64,000 nucleotides of DNA, from assembly GCA_036867785.1 (NCBI GenBank), contig CP145412.1, forward strand, positions 1,116,001 to 1,180,000, given 5' to 3'. The notes under the pieces are model-generated. The model had not been told where the DNA came from. It saw only the letters and a list, made by a program, of their open reading frames with translations, and ran no database searches. Within the stretch, counting starts at the first letter, position 1, and each line of letters opens with the position of its first letter. A program made the translations under genes and the position numbers. Shown here in pieces: positions 36,965 through 49,656 of this stretch. This DNA is from Plasmodiophora brassicae. Taxonomy: Eukaryota.

Positions 36965-39900
36965 ATGTCGGTGGTGGGCCCCGCGTACGGCACCGGGTCC
37001 GCGTCCGATGCCGACGCGCCCGCCCCGACCCAGGCGCACCGTCGACGGCACACAGACGTGTGGCGCCCGGCGACCAGCGAGAAGGTCCAGGTCGTCGTTC
37101 GTGTTCGCCCGGCGTTGCCCAGCGAACAGGACGAGTGCGTCTGGACCGTGAGCGCTGGCGTCCGTCGTCGCATGCGACAATGGCCGACCGAAACGTCGTT
37201 GCACAGGTCAACGGCAACACGATCGCGTGCAAGGACCCGGACGTGGTCGGCGTCGACGATGCGGCCGATCGGCACCATTTCCAGTTCGACCGCGTGTTTG
37301 ATCAGTCGACGTCGACGCAGGTGCTGTACGAGACGACGATGAAGGCGATGCTGGGGTCGTTCCTGGACGGCATTAACGGTTCGCCTGGTGGACGACGGCG
37401 GCCGCCAGCCAACGCTGACATCCGCCCCCTCCCCGGCAGGCACGATCATGACGTATGGACAGACGTGCAGCGGGAAGACGTTCACGTTGTCGGGGACCGA
37501 GGCGTCCCCGGGCGTGAACTCGCTCGTCGTTCGCGACCTGCTCGCCATGGTCGCCCAGCGCACCGAACCGTCGACCGTCTCCATGTCGTACTTTGAGATC
37601 TATAACGAGTACGGGTTGCCGAATGCAGGCCGGCGTTGCCGACGCAGGTGGTGCTAACCGGGCCACAGGGAGGTGTACGACCTGCTGGCCAAGAAGGGGC
37701 AGAAGGGCGATTCGTTACGCGTGCGCGAGAGCTTCGACACGGGCGTCTTCATCGAAGGTCTGAACAAGAAAGCGGTCACGTCCGTTGAGGAGGTCGGCGT
37801 GCGGAAGCGGAAGCGGCCGTGAACGTGGCCCGCCTGACGCGCGTCGAACAGGTCGAGCAGTTACTGCAGAGGGGGTCGCAGAATCGGACAACGGCGGCGA
37901 CCGTCTGGAACCACGAGTCCAGTCGCAGCCACACGATCCTGTCGCTGGAACTGGAGACGATCATCCATCAGTCCGGGCCCTCGTCGCCCGACGACAAGCC
38001 CAGCACGCAGGACGACCCGGCTGTGACGACGAGCGGCTCGGGTTCGTTGGGGAGCGCGGACGGCGCCCCCGACAGCGGTCGTGGATGGCGCCCCACGGTT
38101 CCAACCGAAACGATCAGGAGGCGCTCGATCCTGAACATTGTCGACCTAGCTGGGTCGGCGACCTGCGTCGTTCCTCGCCTGTACGCGCGGCATGACGCCC
38201 TGGAATGGTAGATCGGAACGACTTGCCAAGTTCGCGACGGACAAGTCGGTCGATTCGATCGCGAGGCAGAAGGAGGGCGGCAACATCAACAAATCGTTGC
38301 ACTCGCTGACGACGGTCGTGTCCCGCCTGGCGCAGGGTACCGACGTTGCCGTGCCTGCACAGGCGGCCGTCTGACAGCCCACTGGCAGGGTCGCCCCACA
38401 TCCCGTACAGGAATTCGCGCCTGACCCGGATCCTGCAAACGTCGCTGGGGGGCAACTCGCGAACGCTGATCTGCGTCTGCGTCACCGTTGGCAAGAAGAA
38501 CACGCACGAGACGATCAGCACGCTCAAGTTCGCCGGCCTGGCCAAGACCATCACGAACCGGTTCAACGTCAACGTCGAGGCGGACATGAAACCGAAGGTC
38601 TGTCCTGCCTTTGCGACGTGCATGACCCGACTGAGCGATCGTCGTGCAGACGAGAACGTCGACCGTGATCTTCGACAGCACGCAGATGATGGCCAGCCAG
38701 CTGGTCGCCCTCCAGTTCGAGAACGCCAGAGCAGCCGCTATGCTGCAACGCGATGAGGCCACCGACGCCATGCTCGCCAAATCGCAAACGGGTTCGCGCC
38801 AGGACGCGCGTTGCCATTCCAGCGCGCGCTGACGAGCACGTCGTAGAGTGCGAGCGACTTCGACAGGAGCGCGACCGGCTCAATGGCCGGCAGGTCGAGA
38901 TCGAGCAGTTCCTGGAGGCCATCGCCGGGCAGATCGAGACCAGCGTCGCGGCCAGGAAGCCGCTGTCGACCGGGACAACCATGGTCCCGCTGTCCATCCG
39001 GAGCATGGTCGAGCTGCCGTGCAACACGATCTTCGAGGCCGTCAACAGCAACCTCGGGCACGTGCAGCGCCTGTCGCTGCAGAACGCCAAGCTGCTCGAG
39101 GCCGTCTCCGTCGTCCAGCAATACGCTCGCGGCCTGCAGAAACGGTACGCCCCCCGTCCAGTGTACACCAGCACCCATGAACGACGCGTTGCCCCGTGTA
39201 GAATCGCCAAGAACGACCGGCTGTACTCCGACGTCGTCGTCAGTGTCACCGAGGTCGAGGAGGCCATCGTCGACGACCTGGAACGCCGCGGCCGTATCCA
39301 GGTATTGCATTCGCGTTTCGCGTTCCTGCGGCGAACGGCTGAACGAGAACGACGCGCACGCAGGACATCACGAACGATTTACGGTGCCAAATGTTGCACA
39401 AAGAGTTACAGAAGGCAATCGCAACGGTGCTGCTGCTTTCAAAGGTGGTCGGCGCAAACGTCGTCCACGAGAACGTACGTCTGGCAACCGCGGAACACGT
39501 CGTCGCTGCTGAACGACCTGGGAACAGGAACGGATCGCATTGCTCAGGAGCGCGCACCAGTCCAGCGTCGGAAGGACGATATCGACAGCGGCACGGTTCC
39601 TGCGGTCGATCGACTGGCCGGCAGCGTTCCAGACTAAGGAGGCGCATGCCGCCGCGGCCGGTGATCAGCAGGTCGTCATTGGCGACCTGCTACGCCATCT
39701 GCACGAATCCGCGGCGCAGACCGAGCGAATCATCGCCAGAACGATTGCCGACCACGACGCGTTCAGCGTTAGCTTGGAGCGTTTCCAGGACGCCATTGGC
39801 TTCCGGGACGCTGTCATAGACGTGCTCCACGGAAGGATAAGGCGACAGGAGACGGCCCTGCGTCACGCGCGCCTGTCGTGTCGACAGGTCCAGAGGGCAT

Positions 39901-41294
39901 CGGACACGCAGGGGAACGTTTACGAGCAACAGCTTCGCGTTCTACGAGAGCGGATCGAGAGGGACGACGAACAGCGCCTGGCCATGATCAAAGATGCCGA
40001 CCGGATTCAGACGAGCCTCCACGACCGACTCGCTGCCGTCAACAGCGACCTCGCCAGGGTCACTGTCGACCTGAACAGGGCCCAGGCCGACATGGTCAAC
40101 GCACAGGGCCATCGTGATGCGTCGGAGGTGGCTCGCGCCGGTCTGTCCGCCCAGCTGTCCGACGCCAGGCGGGAACTTCAGCTCAGCGCCGAGGAGAACG
40201 AGCGGATCCGCCGACAGACGTCGTTGGAGATCGCTCAGCTCGAAGCCGACCTCGCGACTCGACAGCTCGCGCTGGACACGGCGCAACGTCGCGAACGTGA
40301 AGTGCAATTGCAGCGCGATCAGGTCGTCGACGAGCTCGATACGACGCGATCTCGGCTTCAAGCCACGGGCGAGCGGCTCGACGAAGCGACCAGGAAGGTC
40401 GCATCGCTGGAGGCGTCCTCACAGGAGACGGAGTCGCGGCTCAGCCGGGAGTACGCGCGGATGAAGTCGACCATGGAGGCGCAACTGGAGGCGGGACGGC
40501 GCCAGGCGATGACGATGGAGGCGGATCTGCGCGCCGAGCTGTCGTCAGTGAACGCCGCCCTGAAGCAGGAGATCCAGGCCAGCATGGCCCGGGAACGCCA
40601 CGATCAGGCCACGCTGCAGGAGTGCAACGCGGCGCGCCTGCAGCTGGGAAGGGCCGTGCAGCAGCTGCAGATGCAACTGGCCGAAGCGCAGGAGAAACTC
40701 CGCGACTGCAGCGTCGAGCGGGATACAGCGCGGCAGGACGGGCAGGCGTGCCAGGTGCGATTGCAGTCCGTCATCGACGGCAACATCATACGGGTCGGCG
40801 AGCTCGGCAAGGAAATCGAGGACCTCAAGGAGCAGGTTCGCGCCGGGCAGAAGGTCGTCGCGGAACTGGACGCGGCTAGGGATGCGATCGCCGCTGCAGA
40901 GGTACAAAGACGGCGGGACAAGGAAGGTTGGGAGCGGCAACAGCAGGCACTTCATGGCCAAATCCAGGTTGTCGAGAAGCAGCGCGACGACTTGGAGGAA
41001 TCGCTCAGGATGCAGGCGAAGAAGAGCGACCGGCTGAAGGAGAAGTTGAGGTTGGCGCAGCTCGAGGTACAGATGACGAAGGAGGCGGCGGCGAAGACGG
41101 AGAGGGAGCTACGGAGGGAGAAGATCCGGTCGGATACGATGGCGTCCGTTCAACTGGCACAACTACGCAACGAGATGTCTAGCTGGCAGGAGGAGAAAAG
41201 CGACCTGGCTGCCGAGGTCGCCTTCTCCAAAGCCTTGCTCGGGTTCAAGGTCGCCGAAGAAGCCGACAAAGCCGACGACGACGGCGGTAAATGA
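36965..41294 (+). CDS. Kinesin with N-terminal motor and long coiled-coil tail
   Basis: VQVVVRVRP, FQFDRVFD, YGQTCSGKTFT, SYFEIYNE, NHESSRSH, VDLAGSER, INKSL, HIPYRNSRLTRILQ.SLGGNS; 584-aa coiled-coil terminal ORF. Confidence 0.93.
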
Positions 41295-41353
41295 ATAACA
41301 GCTTATGTTTACGGTCAACTGTACAGAGCGGGCGAGCGCCCGCGGCATCGTCG

Positions 41354-42276
41354 TCATCGCCGTAACCTGTCGGCGTCACAGGATCCCGGTTGCGCCTCAC
41401 TGCACCACTTCTTCACTTCGCCTCCATCCATCGTCATCGGCACGCCCGACTTCCGTTTCGCCATGCGGGGTTGCATCGACATGATCTGCTCGCGAAGGTC
41501 GTCATCCGCCAGCGTCTTATCGGCCTCGACGGCGGCTGCATAGTCGGCCAGGGCCTGATGCTGGTCGTTGATGGCGACAAAGACATGCGATCGCGCCAGA
41601 AGCGCTCGTGCGTCGCCAGGATTCAAGGCAACGACGGACGACAGGTCGTTGACCGCCCGTGTCAGGTCGTGCCGCGATGGCGATGCTCTGGACATCCAGC
41701 AGCTGGCCCGGCCGCGTAACGCGTCGACGCATTGCGGATCGAGCTTCAACGCAAACGAAAAGTCGGAGATGGCCTGCGTTAGCTGGCCCAGCGACGAGAG
41801 CAGGCGACCGCGCGTCAGGAACACGTCCACAAACTGCGGGTTCTCGGCCAGAGCGCTCGTGTAATCCGCAATCGCACGATTGGGCAGACCCTTGGCTTCG
41901 TACAGTCGGCCACGATGCCACAGGATCTCTGGACGCTTCCCCATCGACGGCGCCGCTGGCAATGCGGACGCGTGATCCAGGTCGGCAAGCGCGTCATCGA
42001 GGTCCCCGAGACCAATTAGGGCGATCGCCCGGCCAATCAGGCCGTCGATATGAGCGAACTGCAGCGACGACACGGTTACGATATGGGGCAGGGCGGAAGT
42101 GGCTGACCCAGGCGTACCTGGAGCTCTGCGACGTCCTGGACGCGGGCGATCAGCGACGTGAAGGACGCGGACGCGGACGCGAAATCGGAGGCATGCAGGG
42201 CGGAGCGGGCAGCGTTGAGCAGCGGATGCCACCCGTCCAGGCCGTCGACGACCATGGCATTGAACCCACCCCGCAT
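41354..42276 (-). CDS. Tetratricopeptide-repeat protein
   Basis: Repeated A..D...A...P / RG units such as RAIADYTSALAENP, QAISDFSFALKLDP and RAVNDLSSVVALNP. Confidence 0.8.
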
Positions 42277-42609
42277 GCCGCCCGCCGCCGCCACTTATAC
42301 GGCGGTGAACGAGACGCGCGCCGCCGCAATTCCCCTCGGCTTTGCGAGTGGCGACTCCAAATCTCGCCACGCGGACGACGGGGCTGCCCCACCCACCGCG
42401 GCATGTGGTGGGGTGTACGCAGAAGCCCGCTAAGGTCGTCAGGTGGTATCCTGATGACCACGCTTGGGTGCTCAGGTTGTTAGTCTCTCGGTGGCTCTTT
42501 TCTACGCTCGTCAGCGTTCGTCAGCAGCCAGGCGCAGGCGTTGGACCGACGTTGACCGAGGCGCGGATGCCGGAAGAGTGCAAGAAGTTTATTCCCGTAG
42601 ACCGAGAGA

Positions 42610-42935
42610 TTAGTGCAGCCGGCGGCGCTTTAATGGCGGTGGATCTTGTAGTCGTTGTGCTTGTTTGTCTGATATGTTGGATCTTGATACCAATTGCATG
42701 ACGTTCGGCGGGCGTGTGAAGGCCAGCCTGAATGTGACTCCGACTTCGCGGGCGAGTTCTGCATTGTTCAGCTTTTGTATCAGGTGGCGGAATGCGATCG
42801 TGATCGGATACGTGTTATACGGAATAACGAGCGTTTGTGTGTTGTCCTTCCCTTCGTCACGATGTACTGCCAAATGCTGATCATGGATGGTAACCTGGCG
42901 TAGGATACTGTCCAAGTAGCTGCTTGAGAATGGCC
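42610..42935 (-). mobile_element. Probable Penelope-like element C-terminal (post-RT) fragment
   Basis: LVIPYN..RLAFTRPPNVMQLV resembles the PLE post-thumb segment (P..AFRRP.NL..L); a stop and AATAAA follow. Confidence 0.5.
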
Positions 42936-43362
42936 GGGCGAGGAGACGTTGGTGGAATTTCGCGGCGATCAGCCCAGGGCGTCGCAGCGCTGGCTGGGCT
43001 GGACGCGACGCTCTGGAACGAGATCAGCGACGATGAGGAGAACGAGAACGCGCGAGTCGCCGTTGAAGCCGCTGAACGTGTCCTCGACGACCCTGCACTG
43101 GCCGGGTTCCTGGGCGGTGCGTACGCAGGACCATCCGGCCGCGCTCGTGACGATCCCGTGCTGGCCGATCTCGAACATGACGTCGCGAACCCTCCCGGGG
43201 GCAGCATTGCGAACGGCGACACTGAGGAGACCGCCATCATGCCCGAAGATCATACCGCCGATCCAGGCAGAGACGCCGTCGCCCGAGCTCGTCGACGCGT
43301 CCAGCATCACACGCCGACGATGATGACGGCCATCGCCCTTCGCTGTATTGCAAACGCCGTTG

Positions 43363-44125
43363 CGATCGAGGCGTGGATGGAATCGGGTTCCGCGAAGCAG
43401 GTCGAGATGCTGGCCCGTCTCGACCAGCTCGAGCGGCAGCAGGCCGCCATGATCGAGTGGAAACTCGATCTATCGGCATCTCTACGATCAATTGTTCGCG
43501 ATGTCACGGCATTGGGCGATATGAGCTCGGATGAAACTGACTCGGTTTCGCCGACGCTTCTGCACTCGACGATCGTGGGCATGAAACAGCAGATCCAGCA
43601 CCTGGATCGTGCTGTTGCAACGGCAATGCCCGAGTCCGCCGAGGAACGCGCCGCCATCTTCACCATGTCAGGACACGGTCGTGACACGCACATGTTTGCC
43701 TTCGAGGTTGCCGCCAAGATTGGTTGGCATCCCACCTGCACGAGCTGCGGCCAACAGGGTACCCTGGCGCTGACGAAGGACTCGACGTTCGCGGATAGAT
43801 ACCGATACCAGTGCCGCAACCCGCCCCCGCCAACGAAGATCTTCGTCAGACTCGGGCATGGCCATTGCAACAGCACGATCCAGTTGTTCGATCTTCGATT
43901 TCATGCCGTTGATCGTGGCGTGCAGATTCGTTGGCGGATTCGAGTCAATCTCATCCGGGTTCATATCGCACAATCCCTCGACATCGCGAGCGATTGGTCG
44001 CACAGAGGCCGTTAGATCGAGTTTCCACTCCAGCACGGCGGCCTGCTGCCGTTCGAGCTGGTCGAGACGGTCCAGCATCAGTGCTTGCTGCACGGAGCCA
44101 GATTCCATCCGGGCCTCCATCGCAG
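43363..44125. repeat. Diverged inverted duplication (arms about 280 bp) around a Merlin/IS1595-like zinc ribbon
   Basis: Both strands encode MESGS..Q..ML.RLDQLERQQAA..EWKLDL.AS..LDRAVA.AMPES. The spacer encodes CTSCGQQGTLALTKDSTFADRYRYQC. Confidence 0.8.
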
Positions 44126-45215
44126 CGATACGTGCGGATGTCTTGGGCAGGGAGAAGTCCCGGTCCCCACGCGGCGACGTGATCGGCCGTCGTTGGGCGC
44201 CGCCGGTTGAGAGGGGCGCACCGGCCGGCTTGCGGGTGGCGCGTATCTGCAGGACCGCCCCATCAGTACTATCGATAGGTGCCGTCGTATTGACCTTGCT
44301 GTTGATTTGAGCGTTCTGACGAGCTTTCAGCGACATTGATATGAGGCAGTCTGCAAGCGACGTGGTCGAGGCAGGTGCACGAGCGCGAGCTGCGGCGTCC
44401 GAACGTCGGCGGATTCCGCGGCGTCCGAACGTCGGCGGGCGTCGCTCGTGTCCTCCGTGCTTGACGTCGGCGCCATGATGGCGCCCAACTCCCTTGCTCC
44501 CGTCTACCGCCTGTAGGGCTTAGGTACTTCTGTATGTATTAGTGAGAATATACAGCTGATGCGTCATGGTTGCGTCGACGAACGGACGTTGGGGACGCCC
44601 GGGACGAATGGTCAATGGCGGTGGCGGCGGACTCCATGACGATCACGGCGGGCGCCATGACCACGCGCAGCGCTCTAAGTTGGCCGCACTGTGCTCGCCC
44701 GGTGGCGATGGGGCGCGGTCGGGCGACGGAGCTGGCAACGGCGTGTCGTTGCGGGGCGGCAGGCATGCTTGGCGATTCGTACCGGGTTCCGGTTCGAACG
44801 ATCGACTGACGGCGTTGGCAATACAGCGTAGCAAGATGCCCGTTACCATCATCATCGACGTGTCATGGTGGGCGCGTCGACGATTACGGGCGTCGGCGTC
44901 ATCGCCTGGCTCGGCGATGTCGTCTTCGGGGATGGGCGATGCGCTGTGCCGACCGGCCCGTCGACAACGCGCAAGGACCGCGTGTCATCGCCAGGTCGAC
45001 GACAGATCGTCCGTTGCCGTTGGGCATGACGAACGTCCATCGACGAGGGTCCCCGCGGAGTGTTCAGGAGTGGCAATCAGCCTCTCTGTGTGCGGGAGTC
45101 GGCGTTAATCGGGCTGGTGAATCACGAACGTATAAGTAGGTGGCAATGGGATCCACCTACATCGTCGTCGCAGTTGTTCTCCAAATTGAATAGGGCGCTT
45201 GAGAAATCGATTTCA

Positions 45216-46160
45216 TTATTCATACGGCTCACCGCATAGTACCCCGTTAGTACAGAACCGAAGGAGCGCGTTGAGGCATGCCATAAGCTTCGGGTGTTTC
45301 GTCTGTTTCGCGCGTCTCGGATGGTTCCTCGTGTGGTTTACGTAGGATATTTGTCTTGTGGACGAGTAATGAACGTGCGTCGAGGAGAATGCAACGGTCA
45401 GCTGGGGCGTCGAACAGTGGGTTCGGCGCAGTGGTGGTAGGTCGGTAATCGGAGGGTAGAAGAGCTGAGCCCAGGCGACAAGGACGGTTTCGCCGCCGAA
45501 ATCCGTCGCAAAGTACTCCAATCGTTCGAGCAACGATTCAAGAGTGATGTTGCCAGAAGTAGTACGGTACGCTAAGGACTCGATGACGACAAGGTCGCCG
45601 AGTGTAACCCTACCAGTAGCATTGTGCCCGACGGTTCCAGTGGTGACGTTTCGGTGCGCCAGCAGGTACTTCGCCATCACGTGACGAAGGCTCCACGCGA
45701 TAATCGTTCGAAATAAGGGGCTGCTCATGTCACATTGCTCGATCACCGAGTCGATCTCCGACGGGGAAGCCAAACGAAGTCGACAAATGCGACAGGCGGA
45801 TTGATAGTGGCGACAGTGCTGGCCATATTGACATAGCCGTCGATCGAGACGGATCCCATCGGTGAATCGTTGCCGAGCTATTGTGCGCAGATCGTCGACA
45901 GAAAAGAGGCCATGATGTAACATTTGGTCACAAAGCGCATGGAATAGACAATGCCCATCGCCGTCAGTATCCACCGATCTTAGACTCATGGTTGCCAAAC
46001 GTTCAACGAGAGCTGACGACGTTTCTCGGCGGAATGAAGGCCGACGTTGGGGTTCGTATATCAACCCGGGATGCACCCTGCCACTGTGGGCAACCAGACT
46101 GAGGGCAGCCAAGACGTTCAGCACAGCAACGGCTCCACTCCATTGCTCTGTCTGCAGCAT
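45216..46160 (-). CDS. Intronless OTU-family cysteine protease with predicted signal peptide
   Basis: GDGHCLFHALCDQ (Cys box), FGGETVLVAWA, HVHYSS (His box); N-terminus MLQTEQWSGAVAVLNVLAALSLVAHS. Confidence 0.78.
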   Translation of the reverse strand: MLQTEQWSGAVAVLNVLAALSLVAHSGRVHPGLIYEPQRRPSFRRETSSALVERLATMSLRSVDTDGDGHCLFHALCDQMLHHGLFSVDDLRTIARQRFTDGIRLDRRLCQYGQHCRHYQSACRICRLRLASPSEIDSVIEQCDMSSPLFRTIIAWSLRHVMAKYLLAHRNVTTGTVGHNATGRVTLGDLVVIESLAYRTTSGNITLESLLERLEYFATDFGGETVLVAWAQLFYPPITDLPPLRRTHCSTPQLTVAFSSTHVHYSSTRQISYVNHTRNHPRRAKQTKHPKLMACLNALLRFCTNGVLCGEPYE

Positions 46161-46384
46161 TGTTGGAAAGGCTGGTGGCCGGTGGGCAGCGCTGACAACT
46201 ATTGTGGCGCAAACCGGCGGGCCGGACTGCGGGCCACTGGGTCCTGAATCTGCGGGGAGCTGCCAGCCTACATACCTCTTTGACAAGTAACGTCCTCGAC
46301 TATACCGTTCGACAAGCTGGACGAGCTTTACAAAAACTTAAACTAGCTATGTATCACCAGCAGCAAGTGGTACCAGCAGGAGCA

Positions 46385-46456
46385 TCCGAGATAGTATAGT
46401 GGCCAGTATTCGCCCCTGTCACGGGCGAGACCGGGGTTCGATTCCCCGTCTCGGAG
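46385..46456 (+). tRNA. tRNA-Asp(GTC)
   Basis: Acceptor stem TCCGAGA/TCTCGGA; anticodon arm CGCCC-CTGTCAC-GGGCG; T arm with GGTTCGATTCC; downstream T-run as Pol III terminator. Confidence 0.97.
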
Positions 46457-46608
46457 TAATTCTTTTTGGACCCTTCCAACTTTTGATGCTCCCAGCCAGC
46501 GGAAGCCAACCCGGAACGCGGGGTTCAACCGGGCTTCCTGCAGTGAGCGAATGACCAAGTGCACCTACGACGAACTGCATTGGAATTCCTGTTCCATATT
46601 TGAGACGT

Positions 46609-47700
46609 TTATTGCTCTTTCTTCGTCGAGTCGACGTTCTTATCGCCTTGGGATCGCACACTGGCGCAGAGAACCACGATAATCAGTAACGCGGCGAAAC
46701 TTGTACATGAAAACGTCACAATCGTGACGAGTTGCCGGCGGGAAAGTTCGCCAACTGGAATGAATACAACTGACAAAGCACCGTTTACATGTCAATGCCA
46801 GTGATAAGTTTGACTCATATGTTTGGCTACCTGCGCCACCGTCGGGGAGCTGAACAGTGTACTCCGGGTTAGTCTGCCGCACGTCATTATCGAAATGCAG
46901 ATCAAGTGTTCGCCAACCAGGGCATTGCGACAAATGGGCTTCAACCATAAATGGCTGGGGCCAGATCATCCCTGTTGCCATCGTTAGAGAACTCCAGTAT
47001 TAAATGTACAATCCCCTATGGGCAATGTCCCACCAGTTCGGGCACAGACGCCTGACTGATCCGGATCTTCAGTCTTAACGAAAATGTAAGGCGCCGATAG
47101 GTGTATCCTTGCTGGATCGCTTGTATCGCTGGAGAGTTGATAGCGCAGATGGATAGGGATCGAAACGTTAACCCAGCGATTTTCACTGCGTCCCCCAATG
47201 CATCGTTAGAGCACGACGGTGAATAGCGAAACGCTCCGCATACCTCGACGTAACGTTAAGCTGAAACAGCACTACGACTTGTTTCGACAGGAATGCTGGT
47301 GCTTCAATGTTAATCGGATCACCTATAACAAAGGCATCAATGTGTTTCATTCCATTTAAGCGCTGTATCAGTATAAGTTCGCCACATGCTAGGAACAATG
47401 GTGATTGCAACCAACCTGTAACTCGTCCGGATCTATGAAAACGCCCTCAGGAAGGACCTCGATGATCAAGACGGAGAACGGAGCGCCTGACTCACAACAC
47501 TCAGTACTTGTAATTCGGGCATAACGTTCAGCTTGAAGACCTCGTATGCCTTCCGGGATTAGAATTCTGGTATCAAGTTGCCTGTGAAATCCTCGACCGG
47601 CAACATGTCTCTCACACACAGCATCTAGTCCGGCATTCCACCAAACAGGGCTGGCAGAACGTGTGAAACGCAACCACAAATGAAACAATGGGTGCGGACT
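46609..47700 (-). CDS. PIG-X/PBN1-like GPI-mannosyltransferase I subunit, multi-exon
   Basis: IIEVLPEGVFIDPDEL, INIEAP, IPIHLRYQ and C-terminal TM FAALLIIVVLCA. The 5' boundary is uncertain. Confidence 0.7.
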
Positions 47701-48959
47701 GACCTCGACAGGTTGAGCGTTCGTCGTTCATCCCCACCGACATGCAGGACGCGGCCAGTGAGATACGATTCTGCGCTCCAGTGAGCGAGAATGACTTCGA
47801 TCTCGGCGTTCATGACGTTCGCGTTAAATCGGATTTGTAGTTCGGGACCGTCGACATCATCACTGCTTCCGCGGTGCTCGTTCCGGACAGCTTCAGCAAA
47901 CAGAGCGTACTGACCGACAATTCGCAGGTACTTTGTGACCCCAACCGTCGTAAAATTACCGAACCGACTCCAGATCGAGCGACGGGTTAGCAACCATGAG
48001 CACAAGGGAGAAACACGCTATACCTAGTTTAAACAAGGATAGGGGACAAGCTACTGCGAAACCATTTACCTCATCATAGGTTTCATTGAAGAAAGAGAAC
48101 GGAAGAGCGTCGAGATCAGAGATACGCGCAACAAAAGCGGACGGCGCGTTTGGGTCAATGGCTGACGTAGGCAACCGCAAGTCAAACCGCCAAAAGTCGA
48201 TCATATCTATAGTCGTGAAACGCTTAGTCCCTCGTCGCAAGCATCCCGACAATGGCATACCAAGAGGGATTCTTGCGAATTTGTCTTGCGAGGGAGACTG
48301 TAAGAGGGCGGCTAGGGCTAGCACGTCAGCGTGTCGTAACGCTGACAGACGGTTCATCCAGACCGGTTATTTCGCCTTCAGCATGCAGGAGCTCATCAAT
48401 GTAATGGACGGCACTGGTGACGTTTTCATCGTCCTCCAGTTCCAGCACAATAATGTAATCGGTTGACGACTGCACGCCAGGTCAATGGATGGGGCCGACG
48501 GTTCTATTGCGTTTCTTCAACCCTGTACCTGCGTTTGACGAATTTCCAAAGACAAAACATCGGGCGGAGCAGTCAGTTCAGGACGGTTGCTGATCGTCTC
48601 CGCAATGGTGAACTGAGCTCCCCATCCATGGTCACGAGGCGGTACTACCACGTGCTCTGCCCGATACTCCTGCGAGCCAGCATCAGGCCAATGAACTTCG
48701 AAAACGGGTTCTGTGTCGCGCAGGTCGCTGGGCCAGAATGCAACCTGGGAAACACCAGGGATCATAACAGGAGTCACCTCCCAGACGCAGTATACACACT
48801 AACCTGGTACCACACGCTCTCATCGGCGCCTTCAACCTGCTCGTACCTAACATCATGACATCAGCTTAGGACAGAATCGCAGCCGATGAACGCAGCCTCG
48901 CACGCATGAGCAGCAATGAGGCAGGTGACGATGACAACGACGATGTGCCCGGCCGCCAT
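47700..48959 (-). CDS. Signal-peptide-bearing coding region of unknown function; may be the N-terminal part of the PIG-X gene
   Basis: MAAGHIVVVIVTCLIAAHACEA followed by several same-strand open segments that run up to the PIG-X exons. Confidence 0.4.
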
Positions 48960-49106
48960 CGATGCGGCAACGGACTGCGCTCGATGCGCGACGGTGATGG
49001 CGAGTCCACCCTCTGATGACCCGCTGGGAATCCAACGAATAGTTTACAGTCGGCTACCATCGAATAACAGCGATGACTATTATTTAGCATAGCGGTCGGT
49101 GGATTG

Positions 49107-49511
49107 TCACTGGATCTGGATTGAGCTTGATGCGTCGCTGTCTTGCTTGGGGATGTCGACCGTCAGGACGCCGTTCTCATGACGCGCAGTAATCCGGTCG
49201 GCGGCCACGTTCCTGGGCAGGCGGATGGAGCGTGATGACGCGCCGTAGGATCGTTCGGAGAAGTGGACATGGTCTTTCTCGCCGCTGCGCTCCTGCTTAC
49301 ATTCAGCGGTGACGGTCAACACTCCGTTCTCGACGTCCAGCTTGATGTCCTGCTTGGCAATACCGGGTGTCTCCACCGTCAGATTGTACGCCGTTTCGCT
49401 CTCCTTGAACTCGAGTTTCAGCGACGACGTCGTACGTCCCCAGTCGCTGCGTCCGAACAGGCGTCGCTCGAAGTTGCTGGGCTGGAGGAACTCGAACAAC
49501 TGAATCGACAT
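49107..49511 (-). CDS. Small heat-shock protein (HSP20/alpha-crystallin)
   Basis: ETPGIAKQDIKLDVENGVLTV, ERSYG...RSIRLP, ARHENGVLTVDIPK; intronless. Confidence 0.95.
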   Translation of the reverse strand: MSIQLFEFLQPSNFERRLFGRSDWGRTTSSLKLEFKESETAYNLTVETPGIAKQDIKLDVENGVLTVTAECKQERSGEKDHVHFSERSYGASSRSIRLPRNVAADRITARHENGVLTVDIPKQDSDASSSIQIQ

Positions 49512-49636
49512 TGCTACTGTGCTGGCTCTAGCGTGTGACCTCGATACTCCTCACCCTGTCGAGCGCGTTGATGCCTCGCTCGCGAGTAGAAGTCTGGACA
49601 CCGGCTAGGGCTCCACGGCGCGATTCCGTCCCCTCG

Positions 49637-49656
49637 GAACATTCTCCGGAATATTC
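49637..49656. promoter_or_regulatory. Possible heat-shock element upstream of HSP20
   Basis: GAAcaTTC-tccg-GAAtaTTC: two GAAnnTTC dyads about 125 bp upstream of the ATG; spacing is non-canonical. Confidence 0.45.

Noticed and set aside
42481-42612. Possible hammerhead ribozyme (minus strand CTGACGA-gcgta-GAAA) downstream of the PLE fragment
   Set aside because: I could not build stems I-III in canonical register: there is no stem II closing pair and extra bases separate GAAA from the candidate stem III. An Infernal or RNAmotif search would settle it.
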